A stretch of DNA of 63,028 nt, counting the filler, from Choristocarpus tenellus KU-1152 (Eukaryota > Protista > Phaeophyceae), in the NCBI GenBank assembly GCA_964200185.2. It is 13 parts of 13 records of this genome, joined end to end, with 100 filler letters (N's around TTAATTAATTAA, not from the genome) between each part and the next. Parts side by side here need not be neighbours in the genome. Positions count along the whole stretch, not along the records: positions 48,307 to 52,133 come from CAXNAD020017709.1; positions 52,234 to 55,519 come from CAXNAD020021033.1; positions 55,620 to 58,767 come from CAXNAD020021970.1; positions 58,868 to 63,028 come from CAXNAD020015905.1; 9 more parts are not named here. One strand, 5' to 3'. Positions 49,631 to 63,028 of this stretch are shown here, in pieces; positions within the stretch are counted from its first letter, which is position 1; each line of letters begins with the position of its first letter. The notes below the pieces were generated by a model that did not search any database, was not told the DNA's origin, and saw only the letters and a list, made by a program, of their open reading frames with translations. A program made the translations under genes and the position numbers.

Positions 49631-51250
49631 CATGAAAACCAATATCTTGCTGCAGGAGAGAGCAGAGAAGATCATACCTGAACAGAATAGAAATAAAAAT
49701 AAAAATAAAATATAGAACAATAAAATAAAAAATAGATGGGGGTGTGTATATCAGTCATATACCATAGCATACAAACTAATAGTAAAAATAACACTATTTT
49801 TTGGAAGGACAGAAGGACACAAGAAAAAAAATGATGAACTACCATTTCAAAAAAGAGTAAAAATGTTGAACATGAACTGTTGAAGAAGAACTGTTGAACA
49901 TGAACTGTTGAACATGAACTGTTGAAGAAGGGGATAGCGGCGGAGAGTCAAATTTGAACCTTTCCGATTTGAAGGTATTTCCAAACCTGTAGCACTAAAC
50001 ACCATGCCCATCCTTGAAGAGGACTTACACCTCCCACCAGGAGAGGACATGGTCACAGTACAGAAGGTGATCTTAAAACAACGTAACTGACCAATATAAA
50101 TACATTTAAATAAAATATCTAAATAAATAAAACAAATAATTTTATTTTATTTTTTTAAATGCCCTCAACCACAGTTCCAAACAAAAATCATAAAGTGTAC
50201 CTGCCACAACCTAAGTACAGTGACACTGAATACTCACAATGCCCTAACCCTAAAGGGGATCAAAATGTGCACCTAGGAAGACAAAAAAAAAATGTAAAAA
50301 AAATATCAAAAGGCCTGGCAAGGCCAAGTGCCATTAATGTTAATGATATATATTATTCAGAAAATGCCCAGTGCCAAACACGGTCAGTGGGAGATAGGAA
50401 GTGATTGCTCAGACGCACGTAGACACACGTACACGCACGTACACGCACATCAAAAATAAAAAATAAAAATCGCCAAATTGTTATGTGGGAAGGCTTTTAA
50501 GAACGCCTCCCAATGAATTCAAATTACCCGACTCTTCGCCGTTCATAAGAAAAATAAACAAGAAAAACGAGGGGGGAGGGGGGAGGGGGGTATAGCANNN
50601 NNNNNNNCCAGTACACAGAAAAAGAAAAGAAAAAGAGAAAAGAGGAGGGGGGGGGGGGGGGGGAGGGGGGTATAGCAATTTAAACCTGAAAAAATAAAAA
50701 TACATAGATCTACAGTAGTACAAAACGGACACCGGCTCTTTTTCTGTGATTGCAAGACCCTACCCGTTTCTGTGTTTTGATTGGATAGGACTATCGAACA
50801 CCAACTGAAAACAAATTACCAACACATAGGTTTCCTAATTGAACAGGCGACACATTTCACACACATTTCACACACATTTGACACACATTTGACACACATT
50901 TCATACACATTTCACATACATTACACACACATTACACACGCTCTAAAAAAAAGGTTATCTGAAGAGAAAAAAAAAAAAGATGTAAAGTATCCTCTGTTAC
51001 TGCGTGGTATACATATTTTATTATCTTATCTCAAAACTACATAAAACAAAAACTGAAGATGTATGTACCACATTGGGGTTTCTTTCACATGGAGGCATCT
51101 CTCTCTCTCTCTCTCTCTCTCTTTATCACATCACCTGATCCTTGCTACCACATGGGTGCCAGCTAGCCAAAAACATGCCCCCCTAACACCTGTAAAGGCT
51201 GAGGCAAGAAGGCTGAAGGCAACCATACCCCGCAAGCTCACAGCAAACAT
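49631..51250 (-). CDS. ABC transporter subfamily B (TAP/ABCB10-like half transporter), two internal exons
   Basis: Exons 51250-51135 and 49677-49631, joined in phase 2, give MFAVSLRGMVAFSLLASAFTGVRGACFWLAGTHVVARIR-YDLLCSLLQQDIGFH(D). This matches the ABCB TMD pattern 'RG..F..AG..VV.R.R..L..SLL.QDI.F.D'. Confidence 0.8.
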
Positions 51251-51396
51251 CTAACACAGGCGTGGAACATCCAAAAGATCCAAAAGATGAGATATTTATA
51301 AAGATCCAAAAGATTAATCATATTTATGATCAAAGACAGACGATATCCCAAAATATTTACAAACACACCGGTTTAAAAAACACATCTAAATAATAA

Positions 51397-51427
<31 letters not shown>

Positions 51428-51816
51428 AAGAAGAAGAATTATAATAGGGTTGGGGCTGTTGTTGGAGCAATGTAATTTATCATATTAGTATTATTAATAT
51501 ATGTGCATACATTAATTTATGTACATATATATATATAGCAATTTGGTGGATAATGACTCAAAATCACCAGGATAAACCAATCAAAATCAAGGATAGCGAT
51601 AGCAAGGGGGTGACATGGGTTGGGGATGAGGGATAGGGTGGAAGCATCGACATGCCCCCATACCTTTTTTTTATGTTCTTTACATAAAAATTTTTTAAAA
51701 AAAACAGCAGATTTTTAACATGCACAGCGTGGTCCACGCCCCCCAACCCCCTCCCCTTCAAACCCCAGAATGTCAACTTAAATAACTAAAACAACACTAA
51801 AGGAGANNNNNNNNNN

Positions 51817-51866
51817 TCTTGATTTTGTCCCAAATGGACACCCTGGTGCAGACCACCCCCCCCACC
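51817..51866 (-). mobile_element. MITE class A fragment
   Basis: Reverse complement GGGGGGGGTGGTCTGCACCAGGGTGTCCATTTGGGACAAAATCAAGA matches the class A core. Confidence 0.7.
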
Positions 51867-54800
51867 CATTCTGAATTTTCTTAGACGGTGCTCACTTGCA
51901 ACTGATAAAAATAAAAATAATAGTAAATTATAAAAAAATAATAATAAATCAATAGCAACATTGCTCTTCATCTCAAGAACTGGTGCATTTTGTGACGGCC
52001 AAAACCCAAAAGAGCCAGTCCAAAACCAACCAATAATGGAGTAATAATAATAATCATTTGGGGGGGGGGGGGGGTTGGAACTATTGGTGGAATGATATCG
52101 TTCAATAATAATAAAGAAAAATTTCGAGGGAGGNNNNNNNNNNNNNNNNNNNNNNNNNNNNNNNNNNNNNNNNNNNNTTAATTAATTAANNNNNNNNNNN
52201 NNNNNNNNNNNNNNNNNNNNNNNNNNNNNNNNNACGAAGCATGTGGGGGGCAGGGGGGGGAGCTCGTCTGTGGGGGGGGCTAAACGTAAGGGTTTTGGCA
52301 AACCCAGCTGGCTCAAGACTTGAGTGCTGGGGAGGGGTGGGGAAGGGTCAATGTGGCTGTGTCTGTGTTCTGTGAGGTGTTAATGTTGATACATATTTGA
52401 TCTTGGTTCTTGACTCTGAGGGTACTTTGTCATGTTTTCTCAGGGTGGTGGCTTGTGTCGGTTTTTATTACGTGGTTACCACGGTACTCTATATTGACGT
52501 GCAGTGCCCTCCCTCCGTTCATCCCTTTTTGTCAATTTCACATAAGTGTTACCCATTTCCTGTCAATTTTTGGTGATATTTGTGTTTGTATGTGTGTAAC
52601 CCAGAAGATACAGTTTGGATGCATGTGTGCTTTTCTGTAACCAGATTGAATTGTATGTTATGCTATGCACTTTGGAATTTTTTTTTCTCTCCAAGAGCAC
52701 CTGAAAGATAGGGTTTGTACATGAATCAAGTGTGAGATAATTGTCTTTTGAACTCTTCGATCTCTCATGGTGGACGCTCTGATCTTGCATTTTTTTAATT
52801 ATTGCTTTGATTGTGCATTTGAGTCCCCCCACATTTCTTTTCTTTTTAGTCCTTTGATTATGCCAGTAGCAGCAATAATTCAGCATGATGGTGCAACTTC
52901 ACTGTGGTTTGTTTCTATTAGTTTGCGAGGAGTGTTAGATCCACAGTGTTGGGGGTTCTGAACAGTGTCCATCTTGCCTATGATGTTGTCTATTTTCTGG
53001 AACTTGGGTATGAGGCAAGTACAAAGTCCAAGATGTGGACTTTGTAATGCGAGATGCACTTCCATGCATGCACCATCTGCCATGATGATGTACTGTTGTG
53101 AGGAGAGGACACATTGTTGTTGAGGGGGGAGTTTGTGGTCGTGTATGGAGGAGACAACTGAGTAGGTTTATGTAGTACCTGTTTGAGTAGTCCCAAGGGA
53201 ATCAACTGAGGCAGTCATTGTACAACAATGGCCTCTAAATACTATCACTGGTGTGTGCTAGGGAGGTAATGCATGAATTCATCATCAGTTAATGATTGCT
53301 GTTGCTATTCTCTACCTGTCATTGCAGTAGTATGGATCTCCAGGAGACTTCAGCAAAGAAATGACACAGTGCACAGAATACCATGAAGATCACTTCTGGT
53401 CAAGGGTGGGAGGGTGTACCACCACACCACCTTTCAACCAGCTCATAGGCCATGACATTTTCATATTTCTCAAGAGAAACAGTACTTGACCATGTAATAA
53501 GATAGTAATTGCTGGCAATGTGCTTTTATTTGCACTACTATATTACAGGGTGCACTGATGCATAGTAGTAGCACCAGTAGCTTTTATTGTGTGGGTGTGT
53601 GCACTGATTGTTGTCTAGCCAACATGTGGTTGATCACCCATTACCAAAAAAATATATATTTTTGTGGAGCCTAATGAGCAAGGTTTAAACCATCACCAGT
53701 CTGCCACGAAATCCTTTGTTTTATTGGGTAGGAGATGGGAGTTTTTTTACCCCGTTTCAAGAAAGATGTTACTGCATGTAGTTGTAGTGCTAGAAATTTT
53801 CTTTGATATTGGTACATTTTGATACTTTAATGAAAAAAATCTCTTCTATTTCTGTTCATAGTAGTACCAGTAAATTTGACTTGTGTTGAAGAATGTCATG
53901 GTTGAAACTTTGTGGTGAGAAAGACACAGACTTGAAGTATGTAGGAGTAATATTGAGACTGTATTTCAGGAGTGAGTCAGCATATCAGAGGTAGCACAAC
54001 GAACACTAAATAAATGTTTCAAGTTTATATTATTATTAGCATTAACAACTCTAAATTCAAGCATAAATAAAACGCACACATTTCGAAAATATATAGACAT
54101 GGTGTGTCCCTGCAACGGTGACAACAATCATAGGAAATAAATTATTTTTTGGCACACTTTTGAGTTCCACAGCCTAATATACTTCCAGTGCAACCGTACA
54201 ACCCCATTACTAGTTTGTCTCCTCTCTGCATTGAAGGGTAAAAACTGATCGCCACGCAAGATCAATTATCACATGCACAACCAGGACTCGTTCACCATGA
54301 TTCCGAACAAGAGCTTCTCACTAAACCCTCATCAAATTATCATCAGAATGTGTACATATATTGCAGTCACACGAAATGAGCAGTAAACATGTCTGAATAA
54401 TATTATTATTAATATTATTGTGGTGCCGTTGTGATGGTAATATTTCATCTCTGACTTCAGAGTTCATGGTACTAGGAGTAGTACTAGTACCACAACCTGG
54501 TATGCCATTGGTCAACAACACCCAAGGAGATTGTATCACCGGATATTTGGATTTCCGTGCCCTTTATGAGAGGGAGCTATCGTGTCAAGACCTTTTGATA
54601 GTAAATAACCATGCCATGGACAAAGTCCAACTGTGGTGTCTCTTTTCAGCAGTGGACTCAAGTCAGAGATATCCTATCTTGGAGGTGTGTGTGTTTGAGT
54701 ACTGGGGACCCCTGTGGCTACCTTGTAACACTCTGAAGGGTGATTTCCCACCTATATGGACGAACATTTGTCTTCTCTTCCACAGCTGTAGTCTTGTGAG

Positions 54801-55619
54801 GGTTGGCTACATTTCAGTCATGGGAATGAGCGATCAGACAGAAGGATTGCAAGGCCCTAAAAAATCCCAAGGGGAATGTTGACTGGAGACTCCCCTCTAA
54901 GATAGCATGGATCTCTCAACATGATTGAAAGTTTATGTGGGGGAAGCACTATGCATGAACACTGGGGATACCAACCATCAACTTGAATTATATACAAAAA
55001 AAAGAGAAATGATGGAGATGACATGTAGTTTGAATCCCTGAGAATTGAAGAGTAGATGATGATTTAGTCTCACAAACCTATGTATACGCCTGTGGAGTGC
55101 CCTGTTCAAATACTCCTCATAATGCCCAGCACTATAATCCAATCGAGGGCATGCATTTTTTTGTTGTTGGTCAAACCGATTTGTCTACAAGGAGATTACT
55201 TGCTTCTCATTCACAATCCTAACAGAAACACAGAAAACAAGTGGATAGGAGTATGCTCTAGGCTGTACAGGTAGGTATAAACCCCTGAGTACATTGTTTA
55301 ATACACATATATTTGAAGTGGACTTGAATGTAGCATCATTAGGCAACACCGATTGTTGCAAAAGTAAGGCAAAGTTAAGCGAATTGGAAGTCATTCCAAT
55401 GACACACACACACACGTTTTCAAAATGTTTTACGACAAAAAAATTACTATTTGTTGGTGGGTCAAAGAAACTTGGGGGGGGGGGGGGGGGTTTGTGGGGG
55501 GGGGTCCGTTTCGGGCAAANNNNNNNNNNNNNNNNNNNNNNNNNNNNNNNNNNNNNNNNNNNNTTAATTAATTAANNNNNNNNNNNNNNNNNNNNNNNNN
55601 NNNNNNNNNNNNNNNNNNN

Positions 55620-55638
55620 CCCCCAGATACTTTGATCC
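55620..55638 (+). mobile_element. MITE class A right TIR at contig start
   Basis: CCCCCAGATACTTTGATCC. A degenerate left end also closes the previous contig at 55459-55519. Confidence 0.7.
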
Positions 55639-55928
55639 AGAATTCTGCTATATCCTGGGTCCTCGTATATGCAGATCCTGGGGGCCTATGTGTTCCTGCA
55701 AAAATTACATGCTGAAACATTTTTGGAGTGCACATAAAATTTACTTTTATAGACTTGTACTGCTGAAGATTGTGATGATGTGGTGCTCCTTCCTCTTCCC
55801 TTTTGCTTGTTGTGTACCCTACCACTATACATCATTACTCCGTATCTTATATTAACACAGTCAGCAGACAAGAGAGTCATAAAAAAACAGGGGTTGCATT
55901 ATGGTCTGAGGCGTTTAAAGGTATCATG

Positions 55929-58400
55929 TGTTGGAATTCTCCATCGTGCTTGTCAACTCTCATACATCATACCTGCGTAATATGTTTTCAATATCTTGGC
56001 TCTTCACCTGACCGTAGGCCTTGACCTTGCCCTACCTACTGAAACATGTTACATCCGGACCTGTTCAGACCTTTCAGAGATTTCAACCCTACCAAGTCAT
56101 GGGTCAGACCTCAGCGAAACATGTTTGGACAGGTTCGGTCTAAGACTGTCCAACATTTTACCCCCAGTGAACTGGGCGCTAGCCTGGTTAAAGCAAACGG
56201 ATTAACGTGTTCGGTCCAACACCGCCTTATCTTGTAAACCGATTGGGTTGTGGGCTAGCCAACGACCCCATTCCTATATATGGAGTTGATCATACAGAAC
56301 CGACCCGCAGTCAGCTCTCTATAAACAATGTTAATCATATCACGATGGCGGGAATACACGTAGCTGAAGGGACTACGAAAAACTCTATTATTCCCATGCG
56401 TAATGGAACAGGTAAGTTGGAGTTCAGTCCAACATATTTTATGTGGCCAATATCGTAAACACACCTTTCTACACGCACGAAAGAGATTTGAATCCCCTCA
56501 GAAAATAAATGTTTTAACAAACACTGGTCAACAAGAGTCATCAGAGTTTTGAATTAGACTGAAACCAGGACTGGCCCCTGCGAAATATGAATTAGGAGAG
56601 TGGTTCGTCAGGGTCGAGAGATTGTGACTCCACCAGGTTGTGGACCATGTTCTGATCCTTAAAATCTTGAAAAAATATAGAAAATGGTTATCGCACATAA
56701 CTGCAATCCAAGTAGCTACTTCACTGAAAAACCCTCCTACTTTGATTATGATATTGGGCATTCTTTGATTCACTGTCCTCGCGCCCCAAGAACGTGAAAT
56801 TAAAAACCACAACACCCTTCCTCCTCACCCCTGAATCAATCTTTTATATAGGTTGCTTCCCATCAATAATATCCTTGTTCAACCTTCAAGGATTCTCCAA
56901 AAAATAGCATTTTTTCCTGCTTTCAATCTCATCGTGAGAGATGTTCCGAAAATATACAGAGGTCACCTACTTCGGGAAGAGTAGTTAATATAACAAAAAA
57001 GAACAAAACCACCGTACAGGGAGGAGACTTGTCACAACCGAATTCCTCCATTGGCAAGAAATGGGGGTCTGCACAAGGGTAGTTGCACAAGGGTAGGTGC
57101 ACAAGGGTAATTTCAAGTTGCCTAGTTGTTCAGCACTTGGAAAGACTTCCACAACTATATGAAAACATTCACATGTGGAAATGTTTGGACAGGTGTCACA
57201 CATACGCAAAACTGAGATCAACAAGAAGTAGAATTTTGTGATGAAGGAAATAAATTTTTGGACACCTCGAGATACCCTTAAAAAGAACTCCAGGTCCGCA
57301 CCACTACGTTGCGATATCGATCTATTTCACCCTCTCCAAGTCCATACTTCTCACGGACAAGGTAAAGGATGTGGAGGTTGCAGTGTAATGGGTACACAGA
57401 TTGTAGAAAGAACAGTTCAAAGATCTCTCGGGAGTTAGTTGTAATACTAGATTTACACGTTGTGGAGTAGTGGTTCTTAGTGTGTGAGGGTGAAAAAAAA
57501 ACTGTAACAGGAGAACCACTCGAACCTCTCCCATCCACTCCAACAATACAACCTTCACACCCCTTCAATTCGTATCGAACCTATCAATATATGTTCCCCA
57601 ACTCTCAAGTTCCAATCAATAATGAACGTAGCTAGTATCTTAAATGTAGAAGTGAAAAACATACATCGAACATAAAAAACATTATTTGTATAGAGCTAGT
57701 AAAAAAGACCCAACGAAATTTAATGCTCCATATACACACCTGAAAAGTCTCACACAACAAACAAGATATTTGCTGAGAAGAAGAACAGAACTAACCTCAG
57801 CAAGAACACACCACAGACCAATATATTCCAGGGAGAAGACTACTCTCTCATTTTTTCAGAATAGAGTGGAGCATTGTGTGGTGTGGTATGTATACGTAGT
57901 AAGAAGTTGGTTCTTTATATCTCTTGAGGTCTTGTTACTCTCTAACCAGCCTCAATTTCTACTCGCCATAACCGCCCATGGTGTCTGATGAGTATGCTTC
58001 CCAATTGCTCTTCTTTCTCTCAACTATGTCCAAAATTCTCACAGGAGAAAAGTATCCTTATGGCTTATTTTGGTTGATTATTGGAGGAAAAGTGTCACAA
58101 TATGGTTCGAATTTCTCCTTGGATGGAAACAACTCAAACAAGTTGAATCTTCAATACAGTATATAGAGTTATATTCGTATTGTTACAGAACCAGAAAATC
58201 ATCAAATAGCGATTGTACACAACACACCTCCGCCCTCAAACGGCAAAACATGAGTATCCGCAAGTACCGCTTTGGGGATCCCAAGAAATTCCCGCTGACC
58301 AACATACTTCTCAAAAGAATCTGCCACATAAAGCAGTCATGGAATTTGACTAACGATGTGGAAGATCAAAAATGGAAGACACGAAGAATTGAAGATGGGT
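55929..58400 (+). mobile_element. Decayed Ty1/copia LTR retrotransposon (LTR, gag, protease)
   Basis: LTR-like TGTTGG...CCAACA at 55929-56155; gag-like start MAG...IIPMRNGTG at 56345; frameshifted CX2CX4HX4C knuckle at 57174-57215; copia protease-like NSDCTQH...RFGD at 58205-58280 (compare DSGCTQHM). Many stops. Confidence 0.55.
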
Positions 58401-58645
58401 CGTGAAGTACATTCACTACCTCAAAGAACATATGAACAGTGAACAGTAGTAGTATAGGAGGTAGGGTCGAGTTCGTGGAAGTAATAGAGAAAAAAGAAAG
58501 GGGTGAGCTCATAAAGAAAAAAGGGTTTGTCCATGGTTGACAGTTGTTCTGTAAATATATTATTATGTTTCTTTTCAAGCCCCCAAGAAAGGTTTTTACA
58601 TCCTCTAGAGGGTAGGCTTGTGATGGACAGTGTATTCGACCTTAC

Positions 58646-58743
58646 CTCAGCCTTTGAGTCGTACTGGAGTGAAACATCTAGAAGTATTGAGTGAAGTGAA
58701 GGAGTGGAGCACTCATAGTTGAGGCATTTCCTTCCCTCCGATC
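58646..58743 (-). CDS. Isolated internal exon of an unidentified gene
   Basis: Polypyrimidine tract, TTCCAG| ... GAG|GTAAGG; open frame (G)SEGRKCLNYECSTPSLHSILLDVSLQYDSKAE. Confidence 0.35.
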
Positions 58744-59471
58744 CTGGAAGACAGAGGGCGGGGGGGGNNNNNNNNNNNNNNNNNNNNNNNNNNNNNNNNN
58801 NNNNNNNNNNNTTAATTAATTAANNNNNNNNNNNNNNNNNNNNNNNNNNNNNNNNNNNNNNNNNNNNGGGGTGGGTGGGTGGGTGGGTGGGTGCTCTTCA
58901 AAAAGAGAAAAAAAAGACTGAATTCTTGCAGCACCTCAAGTGGACACACACACACATAAAAAGATATTCAATACGTATACTCCAAATGAATGGCATCATT
59001 CCTCAGATGGTTATCTTAAAAATAACTGAGAGAGGGGGGTGGGTGGGTAGGCTGGGGTGGAAGGAAATCTAACAAAAGCAAAAACTGTTTCAATCTTCTT
59101 AAAAAACAGTTTTTCAAATTTTAACGATTATAAGTGATTTTCAAAAAAATTATATTTGAAAGAAAAGTAATATGTAGTAAAGGTATTTGAAAAGAATGAT
59201 ATAAAAAAATTAAAAGAAAAGCATTAGATAGTTAAGATATTTTCAAAGAATGGTTTTAAATTAATATATTTAAAAGAAAAGTACTAGATATTTTCAAAGA
59301 TATTTTCAAGGAAGACATCAATCAAAGGTCAGAACACACCTATAAAAAAGAAACAAACAGCATTGACTACGCATCCCAAAAAAAAAAACACACACACACA
59401 CCATGAGATATTCAGAGAGGCAATTAAACCTCAGTGGCACCCCCCATCTACACTCACTTCGGGTACGGCTT

Positions 59472-59645
59472 ACGTTTAAATCACAACATATGAGAGTCAT
59501 ATGTTTAAATCACAACGTATGAGAGTCCTATGTTTAAATAACAATATATGAGAGTCATATGTTTAATCACAACATATGAGAGTCATATGTTTAAATAACA
59601 ATATATGAGAGTCGTATGTTTAAATCACAACATATGTGAGTCATA
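59472..59645. repeat. 29-bp minisatellite ATGTTTAAATCACAACATATGAGAGTCAT (6 copies)
   Basis: Head-to-tail copies with no spacers. Confidence 0.92.
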
Positions 59646-59934
59646 AGTATGACAATACCAAAGAGTTAAAACACATCCAAAGCAAAAGCTGTGCATGTAC
59701 TGACTGTTGCTACAGCAGTTTCAACAATAAAAAAAGAGGTAAAAACTTCTGTGCGGTGCACTACAGAAAATAATAAAAATAATAATAATAATAATAATAA
59801 TATTATATTAAAAATTCTGAAATAATAATATAAAGAAAACACACACACACACACATAAAAAGAGCAGAAAATATAAATCAAAAACCCTTGTTACGTGCTG
59901 GCATGAAAATAGCACACGGAGGTAATTCACCCAG

Positions 59935-60090
59935 AAATAAAATAAATAGAATGTAACTGTAAGATAAAAGAAAGAAACAGAATGTACCTGCAAGATAAAA
60001 TAAGTAAGTAGAGTGTAACTGCAAGATAAAATGAATAAATAGAACATATCTGTAAGATAAAATAAATAAATAGAATGTAACTGTAAGATG
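59935..60090. repeat. About 31-bp AT-rich minisatellite (AAATAAATAAATAGAATGTAACTGTAAGATA)
   Basis: About five degenerate copies. Confidence 0.8.
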
Positions 60091-61406
60091 GAAGTAAGAA
60101 AAAAAAGAAGAAAAAGGATCTAACCATAGCTTTGTCTCGTCTTCCCCCTTTGGAAAATGGAAGACGTCAAAACCCTAACCCTAACCAATAAACGGCCATC
60201 CATATCCCAACACACACAGGCACACACACACATTATACATCCATATCCCAACACACACAGGCACACACATGTAATTACAGACAAGATATATTTACATTGG
60301 CGCTACTGCTGAGAGTACTATAATAATAAGACAATAATAATAATAATAATATTAATAAAAAAACGGTTTCATCGGCGGTTACTTCAACTCCTATATATAT
60401 ATATATCCACAACCCTAGCCCTGAGATCTTGGTCGTACCGTTTTTTTTTCTACTCCAGAAAAAACCAACTTATTTTTATTTTTATTTATTTATTGACACG
60501 CAAGACAACAAGATAGCAGAACGCAACAACAGCTCTCAATAACACCATCCGTCTCTCCTCCAAATTCACTTACCTCACTTCAAGAGCACGATGAAACTGT
60601 CCTCCGCTGCAAAAAAATATAATACTAAATTATCTTTTTTTCCTATCTCCTTCACTCTTATAACCCTAACACTCCAGTTGTGCTAAGGACGTGTATCTAA
60701 TCAGGCTCCCTTTACCCTCTTGGGTAGATGTCTCTGGACAGGCTCGTGTCAACCCGACCTCCCCCTCCCCATCACCAAGGGGAAGGGTCTACAGTCAGAT
60801 CCTTGACAATCTTACCCTATGCTCCCTTCACCACGGGAGAGGATCATCAGTTAGACCGCATCCTTTGTCACTAAAGGATGGATGGCCTCTCACCTACAAC
60901 AATAGTGAGAACAAACCTCTCCTCTCACCCGTTGCTACAGAGAGAGTCACCAGAGCCATGGTATCTTAAGAGGGTAGAGCCGCCACCCATGCTGCAGAGC
61001 ATCCAAAATTCTTAGAAGAACTTCTTAGAACTTCTTTAAGACTCCTACCAACGTTGAAATCATTGACACTCACATATCTGACAACTTAGTTTTCCTAAGC
61101 TTCCGAAGCACTGCCACCCTCCAACCTCAGCACAATATATATATATATATATATATTAAATAAATAAAAAATGAAACACCTTTAATGTTAAAACACCACT
61201 TTGCAAAAAATATAAATTTGCAAAAATGGAAAATAAAGTACAATCAACAAACAGAACAACTCCCAACACACAGTAGCCCTCGAAGAACGCCTCCAAGCCC
61301 TTTCAGTGCAAGCATCCCTTCCTATTTAAAATACCAACAACAAAATAATTCTAATTTTTTTTGTATTTTATCTCCCTCTTGATTTACATTCATATTTTCT
61401 ACATAC

Positions 61407-62471
61407 CTGAAATGCCCTATTCAACAAGCGTTGCGCATGCTCACAGTTCCCAGCTGCCAACTCCATTCGGGCACCTGCAAGCCACACCTGGACAGACATA
61501 CATACATACATACATACACATACATACATTCATGCATACATACAAACATACACACACACATATACACATATACATACATACGCACATACATAATACATAC
61601 ATACATACATACACATACATACATACATAATACATACATAATACATACATACATACATACACACATAATACATACATACATACATACACACATAATACAT
61701 ACATACATACATACATAATACATACATACATACATACACACACAAACATACACACACACAAACATGCACACAAACACACGCATACATACATACACATACA
61801 TGCATACACACAAGCACACATTACATACATATATATATACATACATACGTTATTAAAAAAAAAAGTGAGGCAGGGGGAACAAACAGTGCACACCCTCTAC
61901 AATTTAAAAAAGACATTATTATTAATCCAGCTCTACAACACTACACAAAAAAAACAGATGTTTCTCACTAATGTTTGCAACATCTATAACCACTCCTGTG
62001 CCCTAAATACACCCAATTTTCAAAAGAGTCATTCTCAACAACAAAACAAAAAATAATTCTCTTCTTAGTTTTGTTTGTTTTCAGTTCGAAATTTGATTCT
62101 AAAAAATCGTTCTAAAATATTTTTTCTAGAAGTTACACATACATATAAAATTTTCAAGATACCACACACAAAGCAAATCGCACCTTCCATCTAAGATTCT
62201 GAGGACATGCCAAAACAGCGTGCACATAAGCCTCCCGGCAGGGCCCTAACAAAGCATCTCTAGCCTTGGAAATGGCCAGGCTCATCCCCTCCTCTCCTTG
62301 ATCAGGCGCCTCCTCTTTCGATTCAATGCTCTGCCCTTCACCTCCCTCAAAGGAGCCTCCTATAGCCTCCCCCGTAGCCTCCAGCGGCTCCTGGGCCAGA
62401 CCCTGGGCCAGCTGCGTCTGCTGCATTTGCAGCAACAACCTCCTAACCTTGAACTTTGGGTTCATAGCCAC
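61407..62471 (-). CDS. HAT/TPR-repeat protein, PRP6-like splicing-factor family, two internal exons
   Basis: Exons 62471-62184 and 61487-61407, phase 0, join as ...CREAYVHAVLACPQNLRWK-VWLAGARMELAAGNCEHAQRLLNRAFQ, a half-a-TPR pattern (W...A..E...G....A..LL.RA). Confidence 0.75.
61497..61847. repeat. Compound (ACAT)n/(CA)n microsatellite, intronic
   Basis: Read directly from the sequence. Confidence 0.95.
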
Positions 62472-63028
62472 CTTTTTACAAAAAAAAAAAAATAGAGCGC
62501 AGAAATGCCGTTCGTTCATTAATTTTAATTTATTCACTTATTTATTTATTCATTCATTCATTCGTTCGTTGGGCATCAAGACAGGACAAAACACATTCTT
62601 CACACTCTTTTTTATTTATTCATTTATTTATTCATTCACTTATTCATTCATAATATTATATTGCCATTATTACATACAACAATCGCCGATATAATTACTA
62701 TTATTCTTATTATATTACTATTATTATTACTACTATTATTACAATTATTATTTTATTAAAAATATAACAATCACCGATCAACTACCCCTGTGAAAAATAA
62801 AAAGGTCAGCACAAAAAACTAGAACTTAGTCAAACTACAACACAACCTTGCACCGAGTACTGCGTGGCTCTGTGAGCAACGCTTGTAGGCAGAGTCTATA
62901 CGCACGAGAAAATACGAAGCATGTTGTAGTATCCCTCAACTACAACTCTGAACCTTTCTCCCCCCCCCCCCCACCTCCCTGCAGCCTGTTCCATCTCCCC
63001 TCGACATCCAATATTCAAACACATACGT

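Noticed and set aside
50026-50071. Candidate extra exon between the two ABCB exons
   Set aside because: The direct join 51135-49677 already gives the conserved ABCB sequence, and this segment is not phase-compatible with the upstream exon.
54418-54882. 154-aa plus-strand ORF
   Set aside because: Non-ATG start, no recognisable domain or exon support.
58690-58730. HSLR-like tyrosine recombinase motif on the plus strand
   Set aside because: Needs a frameshift, and is better explained as the antisense of the exon at 58646-58743.
59472-59645. 29-bp repeats as CRISPR
   Set aside because: No spacers; an ordinary intronic minisatellite.
61421-61893. MYVC/HTYI-rich ORFs (also 42021-42399)
   Set aside because: Translations of microsatellites.

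Overview
Eukaryotic, intron-rich, repeat-rich genomic DNA. It is not one contiguous locus: 13 short contigs are joined by identical 100-nt artificial linkers (44 N + TTAATTAATTAA + 44 N), so gene order across linkers has no biological meaning. TTAGGG-type repeats, GT-AG introns of 0.2-2.5 kb and the style of the retroelement RT suggest a stramenopile, possibly a brown alga or relative (inference only). The ORF track is mostly noise because real genes are split into exons. Reading splice sites by hand gives: a complete 5-exon, 412-aa type II membrane fucosyltransferase-like gene (minus, 5130-9993); the 5' part of a probable DHHC palmitoyltransferase; five 5' exons of a U2AF65-like RRM protein; five 3' exons of a TKL-type protein kinase with a very long activation segment and a GC-AG intron; an intronless DUF1772-like membrane protein; two exons of an ABCB half-transporter; and two exons of a PRP6-like HAT/TPR protein. 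Mobile DNA includes a MITE family in two size classes with 4-bp target-site duplications (one confirmed by an empty paralogous site in the window), a TTAA-flanked foldback element, a decayed DIRS/Ngaro-type retroelement, a decayed Ty1/copia element and pogo/Tc1-like ends. No CRISPR array, rRNA or complete tRNA was found. I see no clearly novel multi-gene system; the best leads are the fucosyltransferase and the unusual transposon families. All family assignments come from motif recognition, not database searches.
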